Shown piece after piece: positions 27,770 to 40,095 of a stretch of 64,000 nucleotides of DNA. Origin of the DNA: Octopus vulgaris (Eukaryota); the NCBI GenBank assembly GCA_951406725.2, contig OX597827.1, forward strand, positions 7,192,001 to 7,256,000, read 5' to 3'. The position numbers were made by a program, and so were the translations under genes. Each line of letters opens with the position of its first letter. The stretch's first letter is position 1. A model generated the notes under the pieces. The model was not told where the DNA came from and searched no databases. It worked only from the letters and a program-made list of their open reading frames with translations.

Positions 27770-28019
27770 GTTTTAATGATTTTTATGTTATCTTATCTTA
27801 TATTATCTTCATAATATATTATGTTGCATTATAACATAAATAAATTATTGGATTGTCAATTGAATCTTTCTATTTGATTTATTGTTTGTGATTTGCACCA
27901 CAGCCATATTTATGTGGCATTCAATTGATGTATCAGTGAATTGGATGTTTTACACACCACTTTGGAGGAATTCCTTTCCTTAGTTTGTTCCTTTATATAT
28001 ATATATATATATATATATG

Positions 28020-28206
28020 TGCGGGTGGCACGAAAAAAGCACCCACTACACTCACGGAGTGGTTGGCGTTAGGAAGGGCATCCAGCTGTGGAAACACTGC
28101 CAGATCAGACTGGAGCCTGGTGCAGCCTTCTGGCTTCCCAGATCCCCGGTCGAACCGTCCAACCCATGCTAGCATGGAGAACGGACGTTAAACGACGATG
28201 ATGATG
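28020..28206 (+). mobile_element. (GAT)n-tailed retroelement 3' end (RTE-type tail); other copies ~18515-18750 and 28705-29126
   Basis: GGTTGGCGTTAGGAAGGGCATCCAGCTG...CCATGCTAGCATGG..GGACGTTAAACG(ATG)n. Confidence 0.75.
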
Positions 28207-28244
28207 CATCAGCATGGCCACAGCTCTGAGCTGAAACTAGAGAG

Positions 28245-28297
<53 letters not shown>

Positions 28298-28492
28298 CAC
28301 ACACACACATACATACGCATAGTCTGGATTTAACATTCTCTATCTTAGTCGTCCACGTTCATTCTTATCTACGTTGATCCTAACTTAGAGAATGAGATGT
28401 GTTCTATTGTTTGATGATGATGATGATGATGATACACACACACATACACACATATATATGTATTTATGTATGAATCTATCTATCTATCTATC

Positions 28493-28554
<62 letters not shown>

Positions 28555-28635
28555 AATAGATAGATAAATAGATAGATAGATAGATAGATAGATAGGTAGA
28601 TAGATAAATAGATAGATAGATAGACAGACAGACAA

Positions 28636-28677
<42 letters not shown>

Positions 28678-29880
28678 TGATAGATATAGATATAGATATT
28701 CATATAGGCACCATTCGAGTGTGATCGTTACCAGCGTTGCCTTACTGGCACTTGTGCCAAGAGCACCATCTGAGCATGATCATTGCCAGAGTGGCTAACT
28801 GGCTTCTGTGTCGGTGGCATGTAAAAGGTACCATTCGTGTGTGATCGTTACCAGTGTCGCCTTACTGGCACCTGTACCAGTGGCATGTGCAAAAAGATTT
28901 GAGCAAGGTCATTGCCAGTACCATCTGACTGGCCCCGTGCCGGTGGCACATAAAAAGCACCCACTACACTCTCGGAGTGGTTGGCGTTAGGAAGGGCATC
29001 CAGCTGTAGAAACTCTGTCAGATCAAGACTGGAGCCTGGTGAAGCCATCTGGTTTGCCAGCCCTCAGTCAAAATCATCCAACCCATGCTAGCATGGAAAG
29101 CGGACGTTAAACAATGATGATGATGATATGTGTGTATGTGTGCGTGTGTGTTTGTGTGTGTTTGTGTGTGTGTTTGTATGTGTGTGTATATGTGTGTGTG
29201 CATGCACGTGTATATGTGTGCATACCCCCCTCCCCCACATATACATAACAGAATGGTGCACTCAAAAAACATAACTGCAATTAAATTTGTAAACAACAAT
29301 TCCTTACAACCATATGCTTATTAAATATATAATTGACTTCGCTACGAAAGTAAATCATGGGGTTAAGTTTAAAAATGCCTTACACTAACCAGCAACCAGC
29401 ATGGAAGATCAGATTGACTATTTTTGGTTTCCATTAAATTAGCTTCCAGTAACGTTTACTCAATTACATTTCAAAATCTTCTCTTATTAATCTCCAAGAG
29501 AGCTTCAGCCAGTTGAGCTGATAAACTAGAAGTCAACCAGCTGAGAAGTTATAAGTTACAATGTTTATAGCTGGCTCTGTGCCGTCTCTAAGACTTTATG
29601 TATCACTCATGTACCTTGCTGTTAACAGATTCTCTGGAGATATATTTTCCCCAAGCTGTGAAAAGTTTACTAGTTTACACTGCTGAGATTAAACATTTCC
29701 TTGGCAATATTTCTTCTTAGTCTTTTACATTCTGAGTTCAAATTCTGCTGAGGTCAGGTTTGCCTTTCATCTTATCTGTTGATAAAATAAGTGTCAGACG
29801 AGTGCTGGGGTTGGTGTAATCAACATTCCTCCTCCTCTCAAAGTTGTTGCCCTTCTTGTCAAAAGTAGAAAGAATCTTTT

Positions 29881-30101
29881 CTCTTACTCTTTTACTCCTT
29901 TACTCTTTTACTTGTTTCAGTCATTTGACTGTGGCCATGCTGGAGCACCACCTTTTTAGTCGAGCAAATCGACCCCAGGACTTATTCTTTGTAAGCCCAG
30001 TACTTATTCTATCAGTCTCTTTTGCCGAACCGCTAAGTAACAGGGACGTAAACACACCAGCATTGGTTGTCAAGCAATGCTAGGGGGACAAACACAAACA
30101 C

Positions 30102-30150
<49 letters not shown>

Positions 30151-30315
30151 TACGACAGGCTTCTTTCAGTTTCCGTCTACCAAATCCACTCACAAGGCAT
30201 TGGTCGGCCCAAGGCTATAGCAGAAGACACTTGCCCAAGATGCCATGCAGTGGGACTGAACCCAGAACCATGTGGCTGGTTAGCAAGCTACTTACCACAC
30301 AGCCACTCCTGCGCC
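29881..30315 (-). mobile_element. SINE family A
   Basis: Reverse-complement full copy. Confidence 0.9.
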
Positions 30316-30499
30316 TTGTTACTTTTTTTATTATTACTTAGTCAGAAAAGGCAACAAACTGGCAGATTCGTTAGCATTTCAGGCAAAATACTTTGAGGCT
30401 TTTTGTCTGTCTTAATGTCCTGAGTTCAAATTCTGTTGAGGTTGAATTTGCCTTTCATCTTTTCGGAGTCAATAAAATAAATACCAGCTAAATAGTGGG

Positions 30500-30826
30500 G
30501 TTAGTTAGTTAGTTAATTTTTTGGCTCAAAAAGCAAAAAGCAAGGCCATGTAGGGGGACATGGAGTTATGTACAGGGTGGTGTTCATGCAAAGAGTTCAG
30601 GCCATTTCTGGTCAAGAGAGACCTTGAACCGAGTGGTCATCGGCATCTTCACTATCTCGTCCCGCAGCTTATTCCATGGATCCGCAACCCGGACGGAGAA
30701 ATCCCCTCTCCTTCGATTGAGATGAAATCATCGCAGATAGAGCTTTTCGGAATGAACCCCGCAGCCGACGCTCTGGAGCAGGAGTGAAGAACAGCTCTTT
30801 CGAGAGGTTACACTTTCCGCTTATGT
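30500..30826 (-). mobile_element. 5'-truncated CR1-group LINE 3' end with (TAAC)n tail
   Basis: Minus-strand translation LFFTPAPERRLRGHSEKLY...FSVRVADPWNKL...FKVSLDQ shows the typical RGH / FS.RV...WN.L / FK..LD motifs. Confidence 0.85.
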
Positions 30827-31069
30827 GTAACCGGGTTGAAGTAATCAACTTACCCCCTCCCCAAACTTGCTGGCCTTGTGCTAAAATTTTTAGTTGTTCT
30901 GTGAATCCACAGCTCTGGACTGAAGCTTTATTTTATCATCTTCACAAGTATGCAAAGTGAAATTGACTTCAGTGAGATTTGGACTCAGAATGCAGCGAAC
31001 TGGAACAAATGCCACAAACCATTTTGTTCCATGCTCTAACAACTCTACCACTTTACGACAATCAATGAG

Positions 31070-31762
31070 ATAAAAATCATCAGTAGTACATCATCAACCT
31101 AATTAGCTAGTAGGTATGCCATGCAGTAGTACCACATACATAGAATTAATTGCTTATTTATTGTGTCATACATTACTGCTTCATCAATTTAATTAATTGG
31201 TTAATTAGTATGTTGTACAATAATAACCATCAACCTAATTAATTGATTAGTTAGAATGTCATACAATAGAACTTTATTAACCAACTAGCAGTATCGTCCG
31301 GCGTTGCTCGGGTATGTAAGGGAAATAACTATATAAGCATTTTTAGAGAGTTACTTCCCTTATATAAACCGAGCAAAAAATGCATTAAAAATGCGGAAAA
31401 ATGATAGTAAATTTTTTTTTAAATTGTAGACTCATCGTAGATGCGCACTGATACCCGAAAGGGCTTGATATGAATCACGAATATAAGATACCCGCTTTTG
31501 GTTAAACTGCACCGCAAAATGTGGGAGTGGTTAGGAATCTAAATCGGAGTAGACAGACACACACACAACTTCAGTTTTACATATAAAGATTAACTGGTTA
31601 GTTAGAATGTCATAAAATGGTACCTCATCATCCAAACAATTGGTTAGTTGGAATGGTATACAATAGGACTTCATCAATCTATTTAATTGGTTGGTATTGT
31701 GTCATCAGCTTAATTGGTTAGTCAGTATGTTATATAGTAGTACTACACCAACTTAATTAAAT
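31070..31762. repeat. Degenerate ~45-bp minisatellite interrupted by a Helitron
   Basis: About 8 units of CATCAACYTAATTAATTGGTTAGTTAGWATGTYATACARTAGDACY. Confidence 0.7.
31285..31589 (-). mobile_element. Non-autonomous Helitron (short variant)
   Basis: Same termini as the 27095 copy; A|T insertion site. Confidence 0.9.
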
Positions 31763-32252
31763 TATCTAATCATTATCTTATAAAGGCACCAATTTATGAG
31801 CATTAACTGTATCAATATTGTCAGTCTGGGAAGACATGTAAAGGTCACAGAAGGACATGGGCACTTCGCTTTCTTTTCCATGTCAGTCTCAAAGACGTTG
31901 TTCTAAAGATATTTTTTTATAGATGATACAACTTGTCTCTCTTCTGTTGTGGTTTCATGTTACTTTTACAGTTTAAATCACTTCTGGATAGATTTTTCCT
32001 ACCTCAAATTCTTGTGGTTTTTGACTCTTTGACAAATGGGAACAAAATCCTAAATAAGATTTTAAACAAGAACCATTGCAAAAAATATTTCAATGAAAGA
32101 TGACCATACTGGCAGACCAACAGTTCCACTTTGATTCTATTATTAAAATTATCAGTTCCAGCTTGAAATTGTGGTCATGCTGGGGCACTGCTGTTAAAAC
32201 CCACTTGGATAGAAAAGGTTGAAAAGCTGCCTTTGGGACCTGGAACCACATC

Positions 32253-32653
32253 TGTGTGGTAAGTAGCTTGCTAACCAACCACATGGTTCCGGGTTCAGTC
32301 CCACTGCGTGGCATCTTGGGCAAGTGTCTTCCGCTATAGCCCCGGGCCGACCAATGCCTTGTGAGTGGATTTGGTAGACGGAAACTGAAAGAAGCCTGTC
32401 GTATATATGTATATATATATGTATGTGTGTGTTTGTGTGTCTGTGTTTGTCCCCCTAGCATTGCTTGACAACCGATGCTGGTGTGTTTACGTCCCCGTCA
32501 CTTAGCGGTTCGGCAAAAGAGACCGATAGAATAAGTACTGGGCTTACAAAGAATAAGTCCCGGGGTCGATTTGCTCGACTAAAGGCGGTGCTCCAGCATG
32601 GCCGCAGTCAAATGACTGAAACAAGTAAAAGAGTAAAAGAGTAAAAGAGAGAG
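32253..32653 (+). mobile_element. SINE family A
   Basis: Near-full copy. Confidence 0.9.
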
Positions 32654-33849
32654 TATGATGTTCTATATTGAACCAAAATAATCTTTCAATCTTTTTGCAT
32701 ACATTCACAGAACGTTTCCACAACAAACCTGATTGTAGTCTCAGTTTGCAGCTGTCCATGTCACTTCTTACAGTATTTACTGTGTTCACAGTGCATTGAG
32801 CAGAAGTCGTAATGTTGGTATTTTGATACCAGGCATAAATCATCATAATACAAGTAACTTTTTTCCAATATTTAGATAGCTCCCAGCCCTCCATGTCAGC
32901 TAACGTTTTCTCAAACACCGTTGATCCTGATTTATTCCAACCTGATTTTATTCCAAATTCAAAGGGATTAAACGAAATAAAGAACTTGATTAGCTTAATA
33001 ATCATAACTTAATCCCGGGCAAGGCCGGGTTATACTGCTAGTCATTTTATATTCTGCTTGTTTCAATCATTGGACTTCAGGCATGGTAGGGCATCGTATC
33101 AAAGGGTTTCGTGGAACAAAACAAAACTCACCCCCAGGACTAATTTTTGTTAAGCTTGGTACTTATTCTATTACTCTCTTTTGCCAAACTGCTAAGTTAT
33201 GGGGATATAAACAAACCAGCAGATATTTTTCGTGGCTAAAAGCTATGTCTGAAAATAGATATTTACGCTACCCACGGATGCCTCGGGGTGGGGTGGGGGG
33301 GAATAAGTTAACAAAACCCAGATAGGATGTTGACAAATGTCCTCCTTAAATTGGAGCGACATGCATGCTAATTTGTGGACGTGCATAAATTACAATCACG
33401 TACACACGTACACACACATGCACACACATCCTCCTTTTTATAGATATGATAAAAAGATAAAGATAAAAGATACACGTGTGTGTGTGCGTGTGTGTGTAAT
33501 TAATGGACCCTCTTGTATTTTCTTTTATCCAAAGCCAGGAACTTTTCAGCACCCCCTTCTATCTTGATGACTGAACAGTTAAAAAGAATTGCGGGGTACT
33601 GTTGCACTATATTGTTTTTCTTTCGTTTCAGTGATTGGACTATGGCCATGCTGGGGCATCACCTTGAATGGCTTAGTTAAAAAAGAAATCAGCACATTTA
33701 TTTTTAAAGTGTAATCTCCTTTTCCTGAATCACTATGGGGATGCAAACGAACCAACACTGGTTGTCAAATGGTGGTGGAGGACAAACATGACACACACAT
33801 ATATAGCTATATACACACGTACATACAAACATACATACATATACATGCA

Positions 33850-33915
<66 letters not shown>

Positions 33916-34309
33916 TATAGCCAAGGCAACATAGTGAACATGACAAATTATGGGTAAACCCCTAAAAAAGTCACATTAACCTCCTATACTGAAATTTCCA
34001 GTTGTAATCAATGAACAGCCTGGACTCCATCAGGTTACCTTACCCTTGTCACATCACATGACGATATAGACTTTGATGGTGACACGAATAATGAAAGGAA
34101 AGAGGAAAAAAAAACGTTATTTTCACACCACTACGCTAGGATTTCGTTTGTGTGTGTGTGTGTGTGTGAGAGAGAGAAAGTGTGCGTGTGTGTGTGTGTG
34201 TGTGTATAAATATATGTATGCTTGTACATATGTATATATACCTGTACACATATACATATAAACATATAGTTATACACACACACATACAATCATACATACA
34301 TGCATACAA

Positions 34310-34341
<32 letters not shown>

Positions 34342-34344
34342 ATA

Positions 34345-35015
34345 TAATACTACAAAATTAGAGAATGGAGAAACATACTTAAATCAATAGAACATCAACT
34401 ATCCGATGATACTCAATCCATACTTTAATACACCATTACATAGGAGTAAAGGCAATATATAAAATGAAATGAGATATACAGTAATAGTAAAAGTAAAAGT
34501 AAAAGTAAAAAGATAAAGAGATATAAGTAAAAAAATTACAAATACAATATGCAAATAAATCAAAACTGACAGCTGTTTCGGCAGTGGGGACAGTCATACC
34601 TCATTTAACCTATAAGCCATAAAGGCAGGTATAAATGAGGCATTAACAAAGATGCCCCACGGCCTCTTCAGAGAATTAAATTAAATTTGTTATAATAGTG
34701 AAAAATATTATATAATCATATACATATAAATATAAAAATATAAAAAAGTAAAATATAAAAACTTATACATCATAATGCTACACTTGTATAATATAATACA
34801 TATTTGTACAAAAAGGAAGGTAACCAGAACAAAATAAAACAAAATATATAACAGTGTATATATAATATTAATAAGTACCGATATCATACATATTTAGCTA
34901 ATAGTTTTTTTAATAAAAAAAGGGGCTAACACATATGGAGATGAAAAATAATAATAATTAAATCCGTGGTACAGTTCACAAAATTCTAAAGCTATAAAAG
35001 TTAATAAAAATTACT

Positions 35016-35049
<34 letters not shown>

Positions 35050-35431
35050 GTAATAATAATAAAAAAAATAATAAAAATAGATACAGTTAAGTTATCACCA
35101 AGTCCATCCTTCCAAGATCGAAATAACTATGAGTTAAGAAATGCTGACCACTAGGTAAAGAAAATTTAGATTAATTCGATTGGCTATTGGTTTGAAATTT
35201 AAATCACAAAAGAAAATTATACGGTTGGTTAGTCAGGGAACGCCAATATTCACACACGCATCTACAGATCAATCGCACATACACACATAGTTATATGTAT
35301 ATACATACACTTGTACATATACATAATCATAAGCAACAACTAACACTTAGATAAACAAATAGGGAAGCAACCATGCTAACACTAAGTCCTTCAAAATTAT
35401 AACTGAGCCTCAATAACAAAAAAAGAACCAT
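34345..35431 (-). repeat. Inverted partial pseudo-LTR
   Basis: Reverse complement of 37136-38220 and of the matching part of the 3' copy, checked at both ends and at internal landmarks. Confidence 0.95.
34568..34671 (-). ncRNA. Type I hammerhead ribozyme motif (inverted copy)
   Basis: Reverse complement of the 43481-43584 motif. Confidence 0.8.
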
Positions 35432-37517
35432 ACCAATGCACTGTAGATACACAATTGAGTAGTAGAGTGTATATCGGGGCAACTATGAATAGCATAAAAC
35501 AAAGATGGAATTATCATAGATATACTTTTAGGAATAAAAATAGAATGTACTCTACAGGGCTAAGTGCATATATTTGGGAACTTAAAAGTAAGAACTTAGA
35601 TTTTAGATTAAACTGGAAAATACTAACTTCAGCACCTGTGTATAATGGAAAAAATAAAAAATGCTCTCTATGTATTAATGAAATTTTCTTCATTATTAAA
35701 GCGGGTCGGCAAATTATTAATAACATTAATGAGAAAAGCTTCTTTTGTATTCATAGACTACCGTTCACCTTTTCTAGATTCAAATAGAACTTAGCACTTC
35801 CACTATTATCAATTTTTTAATTCCCTTCTTTAACTAAATATACCTGTGGTCTTCTATAATTCTAAAGTATACATTTTATAAATTTCATAATTTTATAATT
35901 TTTATAGCTACATTTGTATAATAACTAATTGGATGTGTCTAGTATTATTGGTTTCTTGGTTTTTGTATGTGGGTTTTTGTTTGTTTTTTTTAAGAGAAAT
36001 GCAATATGACATAAAATAACATATTCATTTTGGTATTTGCCTTGTAATGTGTGATTTTTGAAGTTTTCCAATATTGCATAGTATATTGCAAAGTATATAT
36101 GTATATCTTGGTTAGATACCTAGCTCTGGATAATGTAATGATATTGTATAATATGTAATATATGAGAGCCTTTTGTGAGTTTGGTGGGTTTAGGTTGAGA
36201 TTATGGGTTTTTTGTATGTGCTGATTTGGAAGGTTTTTATTATATATTTGGTCTTTTTGTACTCACCTTAATTTGTATCTTATGTTATTCACTGATAAAC
36301 CTTTTTCATTTTTTTCATTTTCTCATTTACATGCATTTTGCTTTATAATTGTTACCAGCCTCATATATTTAGTTTATATCTATAGTCCTCTGGATCTGTA
36401 CTTTAAACTATCCTTCCATACATATTTACTTTCAACAATATAAAATATATATATTCACTTTATTTATTTTTATTTATTTCCCTTTTTATTGTAATATTAT
36501 CAATATTTGCATCTAGTCTTCTATTTATTTATTTATTTGCCTATTTAAGTGTGGATGTTTACATACATATCAAGTCATTTAATTTGTTACCTATTTATTC
36601 TTTACTTATTTACTTATACTGGTGTAGTTTTATACATACATATCTATCATTTCTTTTTATTTATTTTAATAATATATGAATACATATATACTAGTTTGTA
36701 CTTATAATTATGTGTATAACCGTATTTATTCCTTCGTATTTATTCCTTTTTATTTATTTTATCTCTTTTCATATTAAGTCTTTATAGTATAAAATTTATT
36801 TAAAATTTCTGTGATGTTCTCATAAGCGTTTACATTAATACTTCCCCCTCTATTTTTTATTGCCTAAACTGGTATATTTTGGCAATATATTTGTTAAGTT
36901 AACAAGTGACTTATTTATAATATCTAAATTAATATATTTTATATTTTATATTTTATAATTTAGCGTACTTTAAATCATAACAAACTTACGATAAACATAA
37001 CAACCGTATGTTTACTCTGCAACAAACCGGTGTTACAAATTTTAAGTTACCCATGAAATAATTATCTGAATTAGTAACATACTGATATTTAAAAATACAT
37101 TTATATCTTAATTAAATATTTTATAGAATGCATGGATGGTTCTTTTTTTGTTATTGAGGCTCAGTTATAATTTTGAAGGACTTAGTGTTAGCATGGTTGC
37201 TTCCCTATTTGTTTATCTAAGTGTTAGTTGTTGCTTATGATTATGTATATGTACAAGTGTATGTATATACATATAACTATGTGTGTATGTGCGATTGATC
37301 TGTAGATGCGTGTGTGAATATTGGCGTTCCCTGACTAACCAACCGTATAATTTTCTTTTGTGATTTAAATTTCAAACCAATAGCCAATCGAATTAATCTA
37401 AATTTTCTTTACCTAGTGGTCAGCATTTCTTAACTCATAGTTATTTCGATCTTGGAAGGATGGACTTGGTGATAACTTAACTGTATCTATTTTTATTATT
37501 TTTTTTATTATTATTAC

Positions 37518-37551
<34 letters not shown>

Positions 37552-38382
37552 AGTAATTTTTATTAACTTTTATAGCTTTAGAATTTTGTGAACTGTACCA
37601 CGGATTTAATTATTATTATTTTTCATCTCCATATGTGTTAGCCCCTTTTTTTATTAAAAAAAACTATTAGCTAAATATGTATGATATCGGTACTTATTAA
37701 TATTATATATACACTGTTATATATTTTGTTTTATTTTGTTCTGGTTACCTTCCTTTTTGTACAAATATGTATTATATTATACAAGTGTAGCATTATGATG
37801 TATAAGTTTTTATATTTTACTTTTTTATATTTTTATATTTATATGTATATGATTATATAATATTTTTCACTATTATAACAAATTTAATTTAATTCTCTGA
37901 AGAGGCCGTGGGGCATCTTTGTTAATGCCTCATTTATACCTGCCTTTATGGCTTATAGGTTAAATGAGGTATGACTTCCCACTGCCGAAACAGCTGTCAG
38001 TTTTGATTTATTTGCATATTGTATTTGTAATTTTTTACTTATATCTCTTTATCTTTTTACTTTTACTTTTACTTTTACTATTACTGTATATCTCATTTCA
38101 TTTTATATATTGCCTTTACTCCTATGTAATGGTGTATTAAAGTATGGATTGAGTATCATCGGATAGTTGATGTTCTATTGATTTAAGTATGTTTCTCCAT
38201 TCTCTAATTTTGTAGTATTAATTTACGGTAATATTATTACCCTTACCCATTTAATACAATAGATGAACTGATTGCTTGACAATTTCTAACATCTATGTAT
38301 TAATTTTTGTTGGGTACCTATCTAGCAGTATATTGGATATATATTATCCCATGGTGGGTTGAATTTTCAACCCCTATCTCAT
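35431..38382 (+). repeat. 5' pseudo-LTR (includes duplicated GIY-YIG 3' end, ORF 35455-35787)
   Basis: Near-identical to 41016-43968. Confidence 0.95.
37897..37998 (+). ncRNA. Type I hammerhead ribozyme motif (5' pLTR)
   Basis: CTGAAGA-GGC...GCC-GAAAC-AGCT-GTC^; stem II is 2 nt shorter than in the other two copies. Confidence 0.8.
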
Positions 38383-38529
38383 TTTATAACCTAAATTTAT
38401 CTTTTGAGGAACCTGAATTGCTCATACTGGTGTAATATAAGCATCCATTTATTGATTTAAATATTAATAGTGCATGTGAATACACCCTAGTGTAGTATAT
38501 TTGTTCCTTTGATCATTACTGCTAGAAGA

Positions 38530-40095
38530 ATGGAGAAAATACTGATCAATTCATCAATGAAGGATGTACCTATCCCTACCAAAGACCATTACACTAAAGA
38601 ACTAATTTATAGAATGAATGAATTCATCCATAGGATCAGATGGAGGATTTTCCACCATGAGAACTATAATAATAAAATAAACCAACAACACACTGGAGAA
38701 ACGATCCGTAATGGAATTGGAAGCACCTATGAAGAAATATTAAAACTAACAAGCACTACATTTAAATCTAGAAAGTCTCCTCCACCAAATATACATCTAG
38801 ACAATTTTGAACAAGAACTATGGGAGACTGTAAAAAACATAAAATTTAGAAATCATCCTTTAAGATATAACCCGCACCAAAGAGAATTGAAAGACTTAAT
38901 TAGAACTCTCAAAGGTAAGAGTGGCATTCTAACACATTCTGACAAAACTAACAACATCTACAACATTGACATTACTGCATATCATGATCTTCTACACAAG
39001 GAAATAACCAAGAAATACAAAGTAGTACCTTCTAGTACACTTAGAAAGCTGAACCTGGAGATCAGAGAAATCATATTTGACTACTACCTAGAAGAAAAAA
39101 CGGAACCCTACACCCCATCCAGACCGAGAATTACACTAAAGGATCATAAAGAGAATTTTCTTGGAAACACACAGGTCAGATTAATTTGCCCCACTAAATC
39201 TGACTTAGGCAGACTAAGTAAACTCATTCTAGATAAATATCTACCCACCATCCGCAATAAAATCAAACTAAACCTTTGGAAGAATACTCAGGGTGCTTTG
39301 GACTGGTTTTCTGCCATTAAGGTCTGTGACAGTAACAACTTTAGCTATAATAGAAATAAATTTATACAATTCGATATACAGAATTATTACACTTCAATTA
39401 ACCCTATTATATTAAATAAGTCCTTAATTTTTGCTAGAAAACACACTAAATTAAGTATGGGGGAGATTAAGGTTATACTAACAGCCAGGAAAACTTTAAT
39501 AGAGTTTGATAATAAACTTTGGGCTAGAAAGGACACACCCAACTTGTTCGATATCACAATGGGATCGCCGGACTCAGCGGAGGTGACTGATCTAGTTGGG
39601 ATGTATCTATTGGATAACTTTAGTAGGGAATTCCCTGAATTAAAAGGCGGATTATACAGGGATGACGCCTTATTTTGTGTTAGGAATACATCAAATAGGA
39701 GATTAGATCTTCTGAAAAAAAGAATAAACAAATTTTTTAAAAGCTTCGGCTTATCCATTATCATTGAAAGTGAAAATTATTCTGCTAATTATTTAGATGT
39801 TAATTGTAACATTACTAATGGTTTACATGAACCCTATATTAAACCTAATTCTAACCTAATATACATTAACCGTTCTAGTAATCACCCCCCTCAAATTAAA
39901 AATGCACTAGTGCGTAGCATTAGTCAAAGAATTTCTAGTTTATCCTCAAACGAGGAAATTTTTAACAAACACTGTGATAGATACAATGCAGCATTACTTA
40001 AGGCAGGATATAAAAGTAAGATTTGGTTTATACCTAAGGGGAACCCCCTAATGGAGGTAGAACTATCAAGAACAACACAAATAGATTTAGGATAA
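38530..40095 (+). CDS. Penelope-like reverse transcriptase (N-terminal part of a frameshifted ORF)
   Basis: Motifs SDKTNN, ITLKDHK, VRLICP, QFDIQNYYTSI, ITMGSPDSAEVTDLVG, GLYRDD, NYLDV, YINRSSNHPP. First ATG at 38530. Confidence 0.92.
   Translation: MEKILINSSMKDVPIPTKDHYTKELIYRMNEFIHRIRWRIFHHENYNNKINQQHTGETIRNGIGSTYEEILKLTSTTFKSRKSPPPNIHLDNFEQELWETVKNIKFRNHPLRYNPHQRELKDLIRTLKGKSGILTHSDKTNNIYNIDITAYHDLLHKEITKKYKVVPSSTLRKLNLEIREIIFDYYLEEKTEPYTPSRPRITLKDHKENFLGNTQVRLICPTKSDLGRLSKLILDKYLPTIRNKIKLNLWKNTQGALDWFSAIKVCDSNNFSYNRNKFIQFDIQNYYTSINPIILNKSLIFARKHTKLSMGEIKVILTARKTLIEFDNKLWARKDTPNLFDITMGSPDSAEVTDLVGMYLLDNFSREFPELKGGLYRDDALFCVRNTSNRRLDLLKKRINKFFKSFGLSIIIESENYSANYLDVNCNITNGLHEPYIKPNSNLIYINRSSNHPPQIKNALVRSISQRISSLSSNEEIFNKHCDRYNAALLKAGYKSKIWFIPKGNPLMEVELSRTTQIDLG

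Noticed and set aside
32544-33005. 153-aa minus-strand ORF
   Set aside because: No recognisable domain; its C-terminus runs into a SINE and it lies inside a probable Helitron remnant.
35455-35787. Stand-alone GIY-YIG gene
   Set aside because: It is the duplicated, 5'-truncated end of the element ORF within the pseudo-LTR and lacks the first (VVY) motif.
40035-40050. Programmed -1 frameshift
   Set aside because: G GGG AAC does not fit X XXY YYZ and no obvious stimulatory structure follows; a homopolymer indel is simpler.
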